From: Candidatus Micrarchaeia archaeon
GTDB lineage: Archaea > Micrarchaeota > Micrarchaeia > Anstonellales > Anstonellaceae
Length of the DNA: 64,000 nt
Assembly: GCA_041665945.1 (NCBI GenBank)
Contig: JBAYHU010000002.1
Coordinates: forward strand, 43,350 to 107,349
Direction of reading: 5' to 3'
Within the stretch, counting starts at the first letter, position 1, and every line of letters starts with the position of its first letter. Shown piece after piece: positions 19,232-30,474 of this stretch. Both the position numbers and the translations under genes were made by a program. Under the pieces are notes generated by a model, which was not told the DNA's origin, did no database searches, and saw only the letters and a list, made by a program, of their open reading frames with translations.

Positions 19232-19364
19232 AAGACTACCTCTGATTAATCGATTACCAACTTGAACGAGACGTCAAGCAGCGTGGCATTTATATAACAT
19301 AAAGCTTTTATAAGATTTGCAATTGCGGGCAACGGGGGCATCCCCCACATCCAAAGGCGATAAT

Positions 19365-20999
19365 TTGGGCGTTTCAAACCGGCACTATTCTTCAAGGGCG
19401 CAGGGTTCCAGCGAATTCCTGCTCGTTTTGGGGATGGTCCTTATCATTTCTGTCAGCGCAGTCGCCATAGTCGGGGCGTGGCCGGGCATCCTTACAGCCA
19501 CGCAGGAGCAGCGCTCGGACGACTACTGGGCGGCTGCCATGCCGTTCTCAGTCACGTTCCACTCAATGAAACCTGACACCATGGCGCTTGCGGTGATAAA
19601 CCGCGACCCCACCACGCTCACGATAACCGAAATCTGGCTGGACGGTGTGAAAGTGGACTTCTTCAACCACTCGGTCCCGTACACTTCGACTGCCAATGCA
19701 CGCTGCTCCGGAGGGGTGTGCAGCATCGCCATGGCGCCGGGCGTGATGCAAATCATTTCCACGGGCAACATCACCACCTCGCCATCCAATCCGTGCGGAT
19801 ACGGAAGCGGCTTCCAGTACGGAGCAAAATACTCGATGGACCTCGTGATAACCTACCACGGGCTGAACAGCAACAATACTTACAACCAGACAAGCCCGGT
19901 CAAGCTTGAGGGCACGTGCAGCGGATGGGGCGGCTGCGAAATTGCCAATTGCTGCGGCATACTCAACGCGCAGTGCTGCGCAGGCGGCAGCTGCAATGAA
20001 TCCGGGCTCGCATGCGACGGCTCGCTTTGCGTGCCGTGCGGAGGGGCAGAGCAGCCGTGCTGCTCGGGCACGGACTGCTCGGCAAACCTCGTCTGCACCG
20101 GCTCGTCGCCCCCCAGATGCGTCTGCGGCTCTGCGGCAGGGCAGCCCTGCTGCGACGGGACAACGTGCACCGGCGCTTCGGGCCTCGTATGCAATTCCAC
20201 GACGCACCTGTGCCAATCGTGCGGCGACGGGGGGGAAACGTGCTGCTCCGGGGACTCCTGCACGGGAGCGATGACAATATGCAACACCAGCACGTCGTTC
20301 TGCACCACGTGCGGAAGCGCGGCGGGGCAGTTCTGCTGCGCTGGCAACGACTGCAGCGGTGGGGCGAACCTCACCTGCAACACCACCTCCACTCTTTGCG
20401 AAAGCTGCGGAGGAGTGGGGGAGCTTTGTTGCGGAGGGACAACGTGCGACAGCGGCAACCGATGCAGCTCGGGCGTCTGCGAGCTGATATGCGGAGGCAG
20501 CGGGGAGGCGTGCTGCCCGCCGAACAACACGTGCGGCTCATCCTCGCTCGGATGCGATTACAACACCATGACCTGCCAGACATGCGGCTCGCAGGGGCAG
20601 CCCTGCTGCGCCGGAACCTCGCCGTATCAGTTCGAATGCCCGGCAAGCATATACTATGGCTGTGATATTTCCACGCACACGTGCGTGACCGGATGCGGAA
20701 TCGCAACTGCGCCATGCTGCGGGACCGCGCACACCTGCACGCAAGGGGCGGGGCCGATGATATGCAACCCTGCCGAAGACCTGTGCTACAGGTGCGGGCA
20801 GTACGGCGGGGACCCGTGCTGCACCGACACGCCGTGGAACTATTGCGAAGTCACCAACAACCTCGGATGCAACCACAACACGGACGTGTGCGTTTCCTGC
20901 GGCGCGCAAAACGGCCCATGCTGCGGCTCGAGCCACTACTGCCCGTATTTCTACAATGTCTGCAATTCGTCAAGCGACACGTGCGACACGCACGTTTGA
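19365..20999 (+). CDS. Class III signal peptide (pilin-like) protein with about 11 six-Cys repeats
   Basis: RA/QGSSEFLLVLG prepilin motif (Q+1, E+5) plus hydrophobic helix; repeated CG..G.PCC units; start codon uncertain (TTG). Confidence 0.8.
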   Translation: MGVSNRHYSSRAQGSSEFLLVLGMVLIISVSAVAIVGAWPGILTATQEQRSDDYWAAAMPFSVTFHSMKPDTMALAVINRDPTTLTITEIWLDGVKVDFFNHSVPYTSTANARCSGGVCSIAMAPGVMQIISTGNITTSPSNPCGYGSGFQYGAKYSMDLVITYHGLNSNNTYNQTSPVKLEGTCSGWGGCEIANCCGILNAQCCAGGSCNESGLACDGSLCVPCGGAEQPCCSGTDCSANLVCTGSSPPRCVCGSAAGQPCCDGTTCTGASGLVCNSTTHLCQSCGDGGETCCSGDSCTGAMTICNTSTSFCTTCGSAAGQFCCAGNDCSGGANLTCNTTSTLCESCGGVGELCCGGTTCDSGNRCSSGVCELICGGSGEACCPPNNTCGSSSLGCDYNTMTCQTCGSQGQPCCAGTSPYQFECPASIYYGCDISTHTCVTGCGIATAPCCGTAHTCTQGAGPMICNPAEDLCYRCGQYGGDPCCTDTPWNYCEVTNNLGCNHNTDVCVSCGAQNGPCCGSSHYCPYFYNVCNSSSDTCDTHV

Positions 21000-21154
21000 G
21001 GAGGAGGGATTTCTGGGGACAAAAAAACATTTAGCGCAAGCAAGCTTTCGCTGGAGAAGTAAAAATAAACGGAAAAACAAAAACTGGAAACAAGTGCCCG
21101 TTTATCTGGAAGAACGAGCCATCCGTTCGAACTTCGTTCGACCAGCTGCCCAGA

Positions 21155-21763
21155 TCATCTCGATGATCTGGCCATTCTCTCGGTTTCGTCGCGCTTCTTG
21201 ATTGCGTAGGACGAGTTGACGTCACCTTTTGCCGCGAACTCTATTTCGTCGGCGAGCGCCTGCGCGAGCGTTTTCTTCTTGTCGAAGCCGCCCATGATTG
21301 CCGCAAGCGCGATGTTGCGCAGCGCCATGTCAAGCCGCCTTGAAGCCGAAACGTCGACCGCGACCTGGTAGGAGACGCCTCCCATCTGCACGCGGGTGAA
21401 GTCTTCGCGCGGGGCGGAGTTCTGCAGCCCGTCCACGAGAAGCTGCACCGGGTTCTTCTTGGTGCGCTCGGCGATTATCGCGAATGCCTCCTCGACGATG
21501 GCGAGGGTCTTTGTCTTCTTGCCCTGCAATCTTCCGTCGGTGCGGATGACCTTGCCCGAAGTCTTCTCTCCGGTGCCACCCCTCATGAGCTTGTTGGCGA
21601 GGCGCTCGACCAGGTTTATCTTGCGCTTGCCGAACTGCGCCTTCGCGTTCCTGCCGTGCGAGTGCGGAACCGCGACCGGAGTCAGGCTCACGTACTGCAT
21701 GAAGCTCGGGTCAGTTACCTTCACTTCGGTAAGTTCGTATTTTCCAAAAAGTTTCAAGTCCAT
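21155..21763 (-). CDS. rps7: 30S ribosomal protein uS7
   Basis: LVERL.NKLM, NSAPRED, SYAIKKRDE.ERMA.SSR. Confidence 0.97.
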   Translation of the reverse strand: MDLKLFGKYELTEVKVTDPSFMQYVSLTPVAVPHSHGRNAKAQFGKRKINLVERLANKLMRGGTGEKTSGKVIRTDGRLQGKKTKTLAIVEEAFAIIAERTKKNPVQLLVDGLQNSAPREDFTRVQMGGVSYQVAVDVSASRRLDMALRNIALAAIMGGFDKKKTLAQALADEIEFAAKGDVNSSYAIKKRDETERMARSSR

Positions 21764-21787
21764 AACAAAACCATCCTTCCAATGAGC

Positions 21788-22216
21788 CTATCTCTTGGGC
21801 TTTTCCTTGCGCTTCTGAACGAGCATCTGGAGGTCCACTCCGTTGACCTTGATTACCTTGTAGCGGACGCCGGGGATGGAGCCCATCTGCCCGCGCTGCG
21901 AGCCGCCCAGCCCGTCGATAGTCACTTCGTCGTGCTCGTCAATGTAGTTGATTGCGCCGCTGCGGGGCGCGAACGCAGTAATCATCTTGCCGTTCTTCAC
22001 GAGCTGGATTTTCACGCATTTTATGAGCCCGGAGTGCGGCTGCTTCTGCTCGAGGGACTTCTTTTCGATGACAATCCCTTTCGCCATCGGCGAGCCCTCT
22101 ATCGGGTCGTACTTCTCCTTGAGCTTGAGCGCTTTTCTTTTCCATGTCTTCTTGAGCCAGCGCTGGCTGCGGCGGTCCTGGTACATCGAGCGTCCTGAAA
22201 GTTCTCCTCTGCCCAT
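21788..22216 (-). CDS. rps12: 30S ribosomal protein uS12
   Basis: AKGIVIEK, QPHS, KNGK.ITAFAP, IPGVRYKVIKV. Confidence 0.97.
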   Translation of the reverse strand: MGRGELSGRSMYQDRRSQRWLKKTWKRKALKLKEKYDPIEGSPMAKGIVIEKKSLEQKQPHSGLIKCVKIQLVKNGKMITAFAPRSGAINYIDEHDEVTIDGLGGSQRGQMGSIPGVRYKVIKVNGVDLQMLVQKRKEKPKR

Positions 22217-22237
22217 AATCATATCCTCCTATAAACA

Positions 22238-22660
22238 TCAGTTCGAAACCAGCCGCAAGTCGCAGTTGAAACGGCGCATCAGAATCGCGCGGCACGTCTT
22301 TATCCTGTTGCCGTCGCGCCCGATTGCCGTTCCGCGGTCGCTGTCATCCACAGAGACGAACGCTGTCTTCGAATCGATTTTCTCATGAACATTAATATTC
22401 CTTACAGGTATCTGCCCGAAGAGGTTGCGGACGAACTGCTCTATGTCATCCGCGTCTTCGAATACCAGTATCTGCCTCGCGAACCTCTGGCGCACGCGGG
22501 TTATGTTCGCCCCGTGCTTGCCGATTGCCTTCCCCAGTTCGCCCTTGATGACGATGAACGCCACCGCGTCAGGAGTGAGCACGCAGTCCTTCACCGCCGC
22601 GCCGGTCATCTCCTCGAATTCCGCGATGCACTTGAGTTCGTCGTTTGAAAGTTCAACCAT
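22238..22660 (-). CDS. nusA: Archaeal NusA (two KH domains)
   Basis: GKAIGKHGANI and GTAIGRDGNRI. Confidence 0.95.
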   Translation of the reverse strand: MVELSNDELKCIAEFEEMTGAAVKDCVLTPDAVAFIVIKGELGKAIGKHGANITRVRQRFARQILVFEDADDIEQFVRNLFGQIPVRNINVHEKIDSKTAFVSVDDSDRGTAIGRDGNRIKTCRAILMRRFNCDLRLVSN

Positions 22661-22695
22661 CTATTCACTCTTTGTTCGCATCGCACAAAACGGAA

Positions 22696-23028
22696 TTATT
22701 TTGAAAGCTCGAGAATGCCCGAGTTGCCCGCGTCAATGACGGTCATCATCGAGACAGGGTAGGGCTTTCCGGCAACGGTTCCCAAGTCCAGCGAGGTTCC
22801 CTCGTATGTTATGACCGGGATTCCGGAGAGCTTGCAGAAGCGCGTTGCATCCTGCGAAAGCGTCGCGGGACAGTTCTTCGCGAGAACCACGAGCTTTGCC
22901 TTGCCTGAAAGGGACCTCTTTATCCCCGTGTTTGCGCCGAATTCGACCTTGCCGGAGTCCACGCACTGGCGTATTGCGCGCGCGAGTGCCGAGCCGGAAG
23001 TTTCTGCAGATGATTTTTTTCTTGCCAT
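22696..23028 (-). CDS. rpl30e: 50S ribosomal protein eL30
   Basis: SGKV.FG, AKLVVLAKNCP, LGT..GKPY, ID.GNS.IL. Confidence 0.95.
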   Translation of the reverse strand: MARKKSSAETSGSALARAIRQCVDSGKVEFGANTGIKRSLSGKAKLVVLAKNCPATLSQDATRFCKLSGIPVITYEGTSLDLGTVAGKPYPVSMMTVIDAGNSGILELSK

Positions 23029-23094
23029 AAATACCAACCTTTCCATCCATCGAAGGAGTTTTCATATAAAACAAAAGGAATAAAAAGCCGAGAT

Positions 23095-24108
<1,014 letters not shown>

Positions 24109-24387
24109 CTAATTGAACGTTCCGTCTTTCTCCGTGAATATGCCTTCGCCGAGGAGAGCCGCCTGCTTGAGGCTGAATGGCTTGGGCTTCGCGCTAAGGG
24201 CTTTCGGGCGCTTGCTGCCTTTCAGGGCGTCCTTGAGGCTGAAGATGTTCGCGGGCATCTCCGCGTTGCCAACCAGCAGGTTGCCAAGCAAGGGGCGTAT
24301 TTTCACGAAGTCGTAAACCTTCTTCGCGACGTAGCCCGCGGCTGCGACGCCGCCGAGAATTGCGATTTTTTTCACGGTTTTGTTCAT
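24109..24387 (-). CDS. Small protein with N-terminal hydrophobic anchor between rpoA1 and rpoA2
   Basis: SD AAGGTGG before ATG; fills the gap tightly; IAILGGVAAAGYV segment. Confidence 0.7.
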   Translation of the reverse strand: MNKTVKKIAILGGVAAAGYVAKKVYDFVKIRPLLGNLLVGNAEMPANIFSLKDALKGSKRPKALSAKPKPFSLKQAALLGEGIFTEKDGTFN

Positions 24388-24400
24388 GAAGCCACCTTGC

Positions 24401-27091
24401 CTAAGCGTCGTGCTCCTCTCTCTTGATTTCTTCCGGCGCCTCGGTCTTCACGTTCGCCTTTATCGGGTCCTGCCCGTCGCCGCCGTACATGAACTGCACG
24501 ATGACTCCGCGGGAATCGCGGACCGAGTAGTCGGACATGACGACCATGTCCTGAAGCGCGTTGATGAGACGGCGCTGCATGTAACCTGAACGAGCCGTGC
24601 GGATGGCCGTGTTGACCAATGATTCGCGCCCTCCCATCGAGTGGTGGAAGAATTCCGTGGGCGACAATCCGGTCTTGAACGAGCCGAACACGAAGCCCCT
24701 CGCCGCAGCGCCCAAGTCCTTCTTCTTGAAGTGCGGAAGCGTCCTGCCGCGGTAACCGCGCGTGAGGCGTTTCGAACGGACGGCCTGCTGCCCGACCATC
24801 GAAGCCATCTGGATGGCGTTGAGGAGCGAGCCTCTTGCGCCGATTTTCGCCATGATGATGGCGGTGTTCTCAAAGCCGAGCGACTGCTCGGTGAGCGTGC
24901 CTGCCGTGTCACGGGAGCGCGAGGTTATCTGCATGATTTTCTCCTCGAGGGATTCCTTGAGGGAAAGCCCGGGAGAGCGCTCGAGCGTCTTGTTCTTGTA
25001 CTGCACGATTGCGCCCTCGACTTCGCGGCGCATGCTGTCCTGCATCTCCGTGAGCTTCTTCTGCGACTCGGGCGTGAGCGTGTAGTTTGCAAGCGAGACT
25101 GACAGCCCCTGCTTGGAAATCACGTCAATAAGCATGTGCGTGGAGACGTCGATGAACTTGCGCGCCTCCTCTGCGCCCTTGCTGTGGAATATCTGCTCGA
25201 GGATTTCGTTCTCGTATGATTTGCTCTCAAGCGCGCCTGAAACCATGATGCCGTTCTTGATGACGATGAGCGAGTCAGGGTCGTCAGCCGGGTCCTTGGT
25301 CTTGCAAAGCTTGCTCCTCACCTTGATGTTGAGCTCCTTGGGGAGCAGCATGGACAGGATGAGCTTGCCCGTGTAGCGTTCTCCGCGGTCGGGCTTGGGA
25401 AGCCTCGTTATCCCGCCCATTGCGAGAAGGTGGCACGCTTCGGAGCGCGAGAAGTCCGTGGTCTGCCTCGTGAAGAAGTATGCGCCTGAGACATAGTCCT
25501 CCTGCGGCTTGATGATTGCATGGCCGTGGCGGGGCGAGATTATCTGCTGGTGCACTTTCATCAGCATTTCAGCCTCGACTCGCGCCTCCTCGTTCTGGAT
25601 GACGTGGAGGTTCATTTCGTCCCCGTCGAAGTCGGCGTTGTACGGGGGGCAGACGACCGGGTTGAGCCTGAAGGTCTTGCCCGGAAGCACGCGGACCGAG
25701 TGGCACATGATTGACATCCTGTGAAGCGAGGGCTGCCTGTTGAAAAGCACCGCGTCCCCGTTCATGAGCTGGCGCTCAACAACGTATCCCTGCCCGAATG
25801 TCGCGAGTATTTCGTCACGCGCGGTCGGAGATACGCGGATTCTCTTGCCGTCCGGGCGCACGATGTACTCGGCGCGCGGGTATTCGTCCGAGGTGACGTA
25901 TTTCTTGCACTCCTCGATGTTCCATGAGGTAACGCGAATCGGAACGGTCATTTCCTCCGCAACGGACTGCGGCACGCCGACTTCCGAAATCGAAATGTTC
26001 GGGTCGGGCGAAATGACCGTGCGGGCTGAGAAGTTGACACGCTTTCCTGACAGGTTGTACCTGAAGCGTCCCTCTTTGCCCTTCAGCCTCTGGCTGAGAG
26101 TCTTGAGAGCCCTGCCTGAGCGGTGCCTCGCGGGCGGGATGTTGGACGTTTCATTGTTGAAATACGTCGTGACGTGGTACTGCACCAGCTCCCAAAGGTC
26201 CTCGATGATGAGCTGGGGCGCGCCGGCGTTGATGTTCGCCTCGAGGCGCTGGTTTATCCTCATGATGTCCACGAGCTTGTGGGTGAGGTCGTCTTCCGAG
26301 CGGTCTCCTGTTTCAAGCGTGATTGACGGGCGCACGGACACTGCCGGCACGATAAGCGCGGTGATTACCATCCATTCCGGGCGCGCGTATGTCGGGTCGA
26401 AGCCGAGGACCTTGAGGTCCTTGTCAGAAACAGCGGCGAGCCAGTCGCGCACTTCGGTCGGAAGCATCGCAAGCTCGACCTTAGTGACTTTTTCGCGGGA
26501 GTCGTCGGCTTTCTTCTTGCCGTCCTTCTTGCGCTTGACTGTGAACACCCACATGAAAGTGGTGGGGCGCACGAGCTTGATTTCGAATTCGACGGTGTAG
26601 TCGCCGTCCTCCACGGTCTTGCCGTCGAAGGAAACTCCTTTCTGGCGGGCGACGTCCGAGGGTTTTGCCTTGCAGTGCGGGCACGCGCCGCGCTTCTTGG
26701 TCTTGTTCTTCATTTCCGTCTCGACGTCGGCTTCTATCATGTCCGACAGCTCCGCAAGCTCGTCATCGTGCATGAGCAGCCTCTTGCACGAGGGACAGGT
26801 GGAGGTGAGAACGTAGAGAATCTTTTTGCCGAACTCGGGGTGGACAACAGGTCGGACAAGCTCGATGTGCCCGATGTGGCCGGGGCAGGAGCGGATTGTG
26901 CCGCCGCATACCTTGCACTTGAGGCCCGGGTCGATGACACCCATGCGAAGGTCCATAAGGCCGCCGTCAATCGGGTATGAGTCGTCGTTGTAGGTGTCGG
27001 GCACCGTGATTTTCGCCGCGGACATCTTGCGAATCATCTCGGGCGAGAACAGCGAGAATTTTATCCTGTCAACCATCCTTGTTACAACCAT
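24401..27091 (-). CDS. rpoA1: RNA polymerase subunit Rpo1N (A')
   Basis: YNADFDGDEMN, Zn sites CKVC/CPGH, TARSGYMQRRL bridge helix. Confidence 0.98.
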   Translation of the reverse strand: MVVTRMVDRIKFSLFSPEMIRKMSAAKITVPDTYNDDSYPIDGGLMDLRMGVIDPGLKCKVCGGTIRSCPGHIGHIELVRPVVHPEFGKKILYVLTSTCPSCKRLLMHDDELAELSDMIEADVETEMKNKTKKRGACPHCKAKPSDVARQKGVSFDGKTVEDGDYTVEFEIKLVRPTTFMWVFTVKRKKDGKKKADDSREKVTKVELAMLPTEVRDWLAAVSDKDLKVLGFDPTYARPEWMVITALIVPAVSVRPSITLETGDRSEDDLTHKLVDIMRINQRLEANINAGAPQLIIEDLWELVQYHVTTYFNNETSNIPPARHRSGRALKTLSQRLKGKEGRFRYNLSGKRVNFSARTVISPDPNISISEVGVPQSVAEEMTVPIRVTSWNIEECKKYVTSDEYPRAEYIVRPDGKRIRVSPTARDEILATFGQGYVVERQLMNGDAVLFNRQPSLHRMSIMCHSVRVLPGKTFRLNPVVCPPYNADFDGDEMNLHVIQNEEARVEAEMLMKVHQQIISPRHGHAIIKPQEDYVSGAYFFTRQTTDFSRSEACHLLAMGGITRLPKPDRGERYTGKLILSMLLPKELNIKVRSKLCKTKDPADDPDSLIVIKNGIMVSGALESKSYENEILEQIFHSKGAEEARKFIDVSTHMLIDVISKQGLSVSLANYTLTPESQKKLTEMQDSMRREVEGAIVQYKNKTLERSPGLSLKESLEEKIMQITSRSRDTAGTLTEQSLGFENTAIIMAKIGARGSLLNAIQMASMVGQQAVRSKRLTRGYRGRTLPHFKKKDLGAAARGFVFGSFKTGLSPTEFFHHSMGGRESLVNTAIRTARSGYMQRRLINALQDMVVMSDYSVRDSRGVIVQFMYGGDGQDPIKANVKTEAPEEIKREEHDA

Positions 27092-27116
27092 AATAGTCAC
27101 CATCTGGCGTTCCCGC

Positions 27117-28985
27117 CTAAGCCTTGTCCCTCAAAAGCAGCCTCGGGAAAATTCCCAGAGACTCTATTTCGTCGAGCAGCAGCTTGAACGCGTAGCTCAT
27201 CTCCGCCTGCGAAAGTATTCCGTTCTCGCAAAGCGGGCAGTTGTCGCGGTTCTTCACGAAGTCGTGGTGCCCGATTGAGCCGCACGTCTCGCAGACAAGC
27301 ATCGTCGTCTTGTCCGACTCGTCAAGCAGCCTCTCCTTGATAAGCATCGATGCGCCGTAGCCGATAAGGCAGTCGCGTTCCATTTCTCCGAAACGAAGAC
27401 CTCCTTCCCTTGAGCGCCCTTCGGTCGGCTGGTGGGTGAGCAGCTGCACAGGGCCGCGCGAGCGGACGTGCATCTTGTTTGAAACAAGGTGGTGCAGCTT
27501 CTGGTAGTAGATTACGCCGATGTAAATCTTCGTCTTGATTGCCTGCCCGGTCATGCCGTCGTAGAGCGTTTCCTCGCCGTATTCGGAAAGCCCGTTCTCC
27601 TTCATTATCTTCTTGATGTCCTCCTCCTTGTCGCCTGTGAACGCGGTCGCGTCCACGAGCTTGCCGGAGTAGCACGCAGCCTTGCAGCCCAGCATCTCAA
27701 GCAGGTGCCCGATTGTCATACGGGAGGGGATGGCGTGCGGGTTGATGATAAGGTCGGGGCACACTCCGTCCTTGTTGAACGGCATGTCCTCCTGCGGGCG
27801 GATAAGCCCGATGACTCCCTTCTGCCCGTGGCGGGAGGCGAACTTGTCGCCGACTTCCGGGACCTTGATAGAGCGCACGCGCGCCTTCACAAGCTTTGTT
27901 CCCGAGAGCGAGTCCGTGAGCATGACAGAGTCGACAACGCCGTCCTCTCCTGACTTGAGAACAAGCGAGGATTCGCGCTTCTTTTCCTCAATGACTCCAA
28001 AGACGGTAATCTCTTCGAGGAAACGGGGGGGCGAGGTCTTTCCGACCAGCACGTCCTTTGCCGTCACTTCGCACTCGGGCGAAATCACGCCGTCCTCTCC
28101 AAGGAAGCGGTATGCTGTTTCTTCGCGGTAGCCGCTCGTGGTGGGCGCGGGGATTTCGAACGTGTCCTTCTGCCCGCCGGGGTAGCGGCGTTCCTCGGCT
28201 TCGTGCGACTTGTAGAAGACAGAGCGCCCGAGGCCGCGGTTAATCGCGTTCTTGTTCATGACAACGGCGTCGCCGATGTTGTAGCCGTACGAGGAAGTTA
28301 TCGCGACGATGAAGTTCTGCCCTGCCGCGCGCTCGGCGAAGCCGAGAAGCCCGTAGGGCTGAGTCTGCGCAAGGGGCTGCTGCGGGTAGAACATGATGTG
28401 CGCGCGGGAGTCGTTGCGCATGTTGAAGTTGACTGCGTACGTTCCGAGCGACTGCTTTGCCATGGCGCATGCCATGGTGATACGCGGGGATGAGTTGTAT
28501 TCCGGGTAAGGAAGAACCGATACCGTGACTCCGAAGATGGAGACCGGGTCGATTTCAAGGTGCGTGTGGTCCGGCGTTATTTCGGACTCCTTGAGCGCGA
28601 CATAGGCGGATTCCTCCTCTTCTGCATCGAGATATTCGATGACGCCGAGCTTCACCAATCCCTTCCAGGTGATTTCGTTTCTTTTGAGCTGGTCAAGAAG
28701 GACCGGCGTGAGGCGGGACTGCCCGTTCTCGACGACGACGTAAGGGTGGCGCGCGCGGCCCGAGTCGCTGTTGATGAACAGGTCGTCGGTCTTGCGGTTG
28801 TACTGGAAGTTCACTTCCGAGGAGAGCGAGCCCTGCCTGCGGCGGCTGCGCAATTCGGAGAGAAGGGTGGTGCCGCTTTCGTGGAATCCCACCAGCCTGC
28901 CGTTAAGGTAAATGGAGGTCTTCGGGACAACGCCGCTTGCGGCTGCTGCCCTTCGCTTGGACTTGCTGGATTTTTTGCGCTTCAC
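27117..28985 (-). CDS. rpoB1: RNA polymerase subunit Rpo2C (B')
   Basis: GDKFASRHGQKG, GGLRFGEMERD, C-terminal Zn ribbon. Confidence 0.98.
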   Translation of the reverse strand: MKRKKSSKSKRRAAAASGVVPKTSIYLNGRLVGFHESGTTLLSELRSRRRQGSLSSEVNFQYNRKTDDLFINSDSGRARHPYVVVENGQSRLTPVLLDQLKRNEITWKGLVKLGVIEYLDAEEEESAYVALKESEITPDHTHLEIDPVSIFGVTVSVLPYPEYNSSPRITMACAMAKQSLGTYAVNFNMRNDSRAHIMFYPQQPLAQTQPYGLLGFAERAAGQNFIVAITSSYGYNIGDAVVMNKNAINRGLGRSVFYKSHEAEERRYPGGQKDTFEIPAPTTSGYREETAYRFLGEDGVISPECEVTAKDVLVGKTSPPRFLEEITVFGVIEEKKRESSLVLKSGEDGVVDSVMLTDSLSGTKLVKARVRSIKVPEVGDKFASRHGQKGVIGLIRPQEDMPFNKDGVCPDLIINPHAIPSRMTIGHLLEMLGCKAACYSGKLVDATAFTGDKEEDIKKIMKENGLSEYGEETLYDGMTGQAIKTKIYIGVIYYQKLHHLVSNKMHVRSRGPVQLLTHQPTEGRSREGGLRFGEMERDCLIGYGASMLIKERLLDESDKTTMLVCETCGSIGHHDFVKNRDNCPLCENGILSQAEMSYAFKLLLDEIESLGIFPRLLLRDKA

Positions 28986-29013
28986 AAATATCACCAAATG
29001 AACGCGATTGCGC

Positions 29014-30474
29014 TTATCTCTTGACTCCGAGCTTTGTTACCGATTCCTCGATGTTCTTCTCGTCCTCGCCGATTGAGACCTCGCACAAAAGCGAGAGGTT
29101 CTTCACCAGCGCGCACGACGGCCCTTCAGGGGACTCGTTCGGGCAGAGCTTGCCCCAGTGCGTGCCATGCAAGTCACGCGCCTTGAAGTGCGGGTGCTTG
29201 CGGGAGAGTGGCGAGATTATCCTCCTCAAATGGGAAACTGAGGAGAGGAAGCTTGTCCTGTCAAGAAGCTGCGATACTCCGGTCTGTCCGGCAATCCAGT
29301 TGCCTGTTGCCATGGAGTAGCGGATTCTGTCGGAGAGCGCGTCAGGGCGCACGAGCGTCTGCACCGCGAGGTGCCTGCCGCGGGCGTCTGCCCTGCCTGC
29401 CTGGTAAGACACGTCTTTTACGAGGAACTGGAACGCGTAGCGGAACAGGTCCTCCATCAGGTCTCCAGTGAGCTTGATGCGCTTGTTCGCGTAGTGGTCC
29501 TTGTCGTCCTGCGGGATTTCATTGTGCGCGACCTTGATTGCGTGCTCCGCCATCTTGCAAAGGTAGCGCGCTTTCCGCATGCGGTCCTCCGCAGTCGTCC
29601 CGATGTGCGGAAGAAGGTAAGTGTCAAGGAGGATTTCTGCGCGCTTCTCGCGGTAGTCTTCAGCCTGCGAGGGCGCGGCTTTCCTTCCGAGGAAGTCGAT
29701 TGCGGACTTGCGGTCCGTTGTCGTGTCCGCCTCCATGTTGAGAAGCATGTCGTTCTTCACGTTGCGGTCGTCTGCGAAGACTGCGAGTATTTCGTTGTTC
29801 TTCTCAAGCCCGAGCGCGCGGAGAGTCGAAGTGAGCGGGAGGTCTTTTGGAGAAGCGGGGAACACGACTCTCATGAGCCCCTCGTTCGTGCGCTCGACCA
29901 CCGAGCGTGCGCGGAAGCCGAAGCGCGTGGAGAATACTTTCGCGGTGATGAGCGTGTTGTCCTTTTCGCGCGTGCACATGATGCGGTTGGGCGCAAGGTC
30001 TTCAATCGAAGTGAGAACGCGCTCGCTTCCGTTGATGATGAAATATCCGCCCGGGTCGGCAGGGTCCTCGCCCGCTTCAATCAGCTCGTCAGGGCTCATG
30101 TTGTCGAGGTAGCAGAGCTTGGATTTTACCATGACGGGCAGTTCGCCGATGAAAACTTCCGAGAAAGTCGTTTTTTCAACGCCGTTGAAAACAGGGATTA
30201 TCTCGAGGAAAATGGGTGCTGCATAAGTGAGGTTGCGGAGGCGCGCTTCCGAGGGCGTGATGGTGCGCTGCGCGCCGTCAGCCTCGATGATTTTCGGCTT
30301 CTCGAGGCGGATTTGCCCGAAGCGAAGCTCGAATCCCTCGACTGAGGGCTGGATTGTGCCGACGCGGTTGACCACCTGCTGGAGGCCGAACTCGATGAAC
30401 TTGTTGTACGAATCAAGGTGCTGTTTTACCAGGCTGTTGTCCTTGAAATATGCTGTGAGCAGTTCTCCGCGCAT
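29014..30474 (-). CDS. rpoB2: RNA polymerase subunit Rpo2N (B'')
   Basis: EARLRNLTYAAP, GGYFIINGSE, DDKDHY.NKR, CPNESPEG. Confidence 0.98.
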   Translation of the reverse strand: MRGELLTAYFKDNSLVKQHLDSYNKFIEFGLQQVVNRVGTIQPSVEGFELRFGQIRLEKPKIIEADGAQRTITPSEARLRNLTYAAPIFLEIIPVFNGVEKTTFSEVFIGELPVMVKSKLCYLDNMSPDELIEAGEDPADPGGYFIINGSERVLTSIEDLAPNRIMCTREKDNTLITAKVFSTRFGFRARSVVERTNEGLMRVVFPASPKDLPLTSTLRALGLEKNNEILAVFADDRNVKNDMLLNMEADTTTDRKSAIDFLGRKAAPSQAEDYREKRAEILLDTYLLPHIGTTAEDRMRKARYLCKMAEHAIKVAHNEIPQDDKDHYANKRIKLTGDLMEDLFRYAFQFLVKDVSYQAGRADARGRHLAVQTLVRPDALSDRIRYSMATGNWIAGQTGVSQLLDRTSFLSSVSHLRRIISPLSRKHPHFKARDLHGTHWGKLCPNESPEGPSCALVKNLSLLCEVSIGEDEKNIEESVTKLGVKR

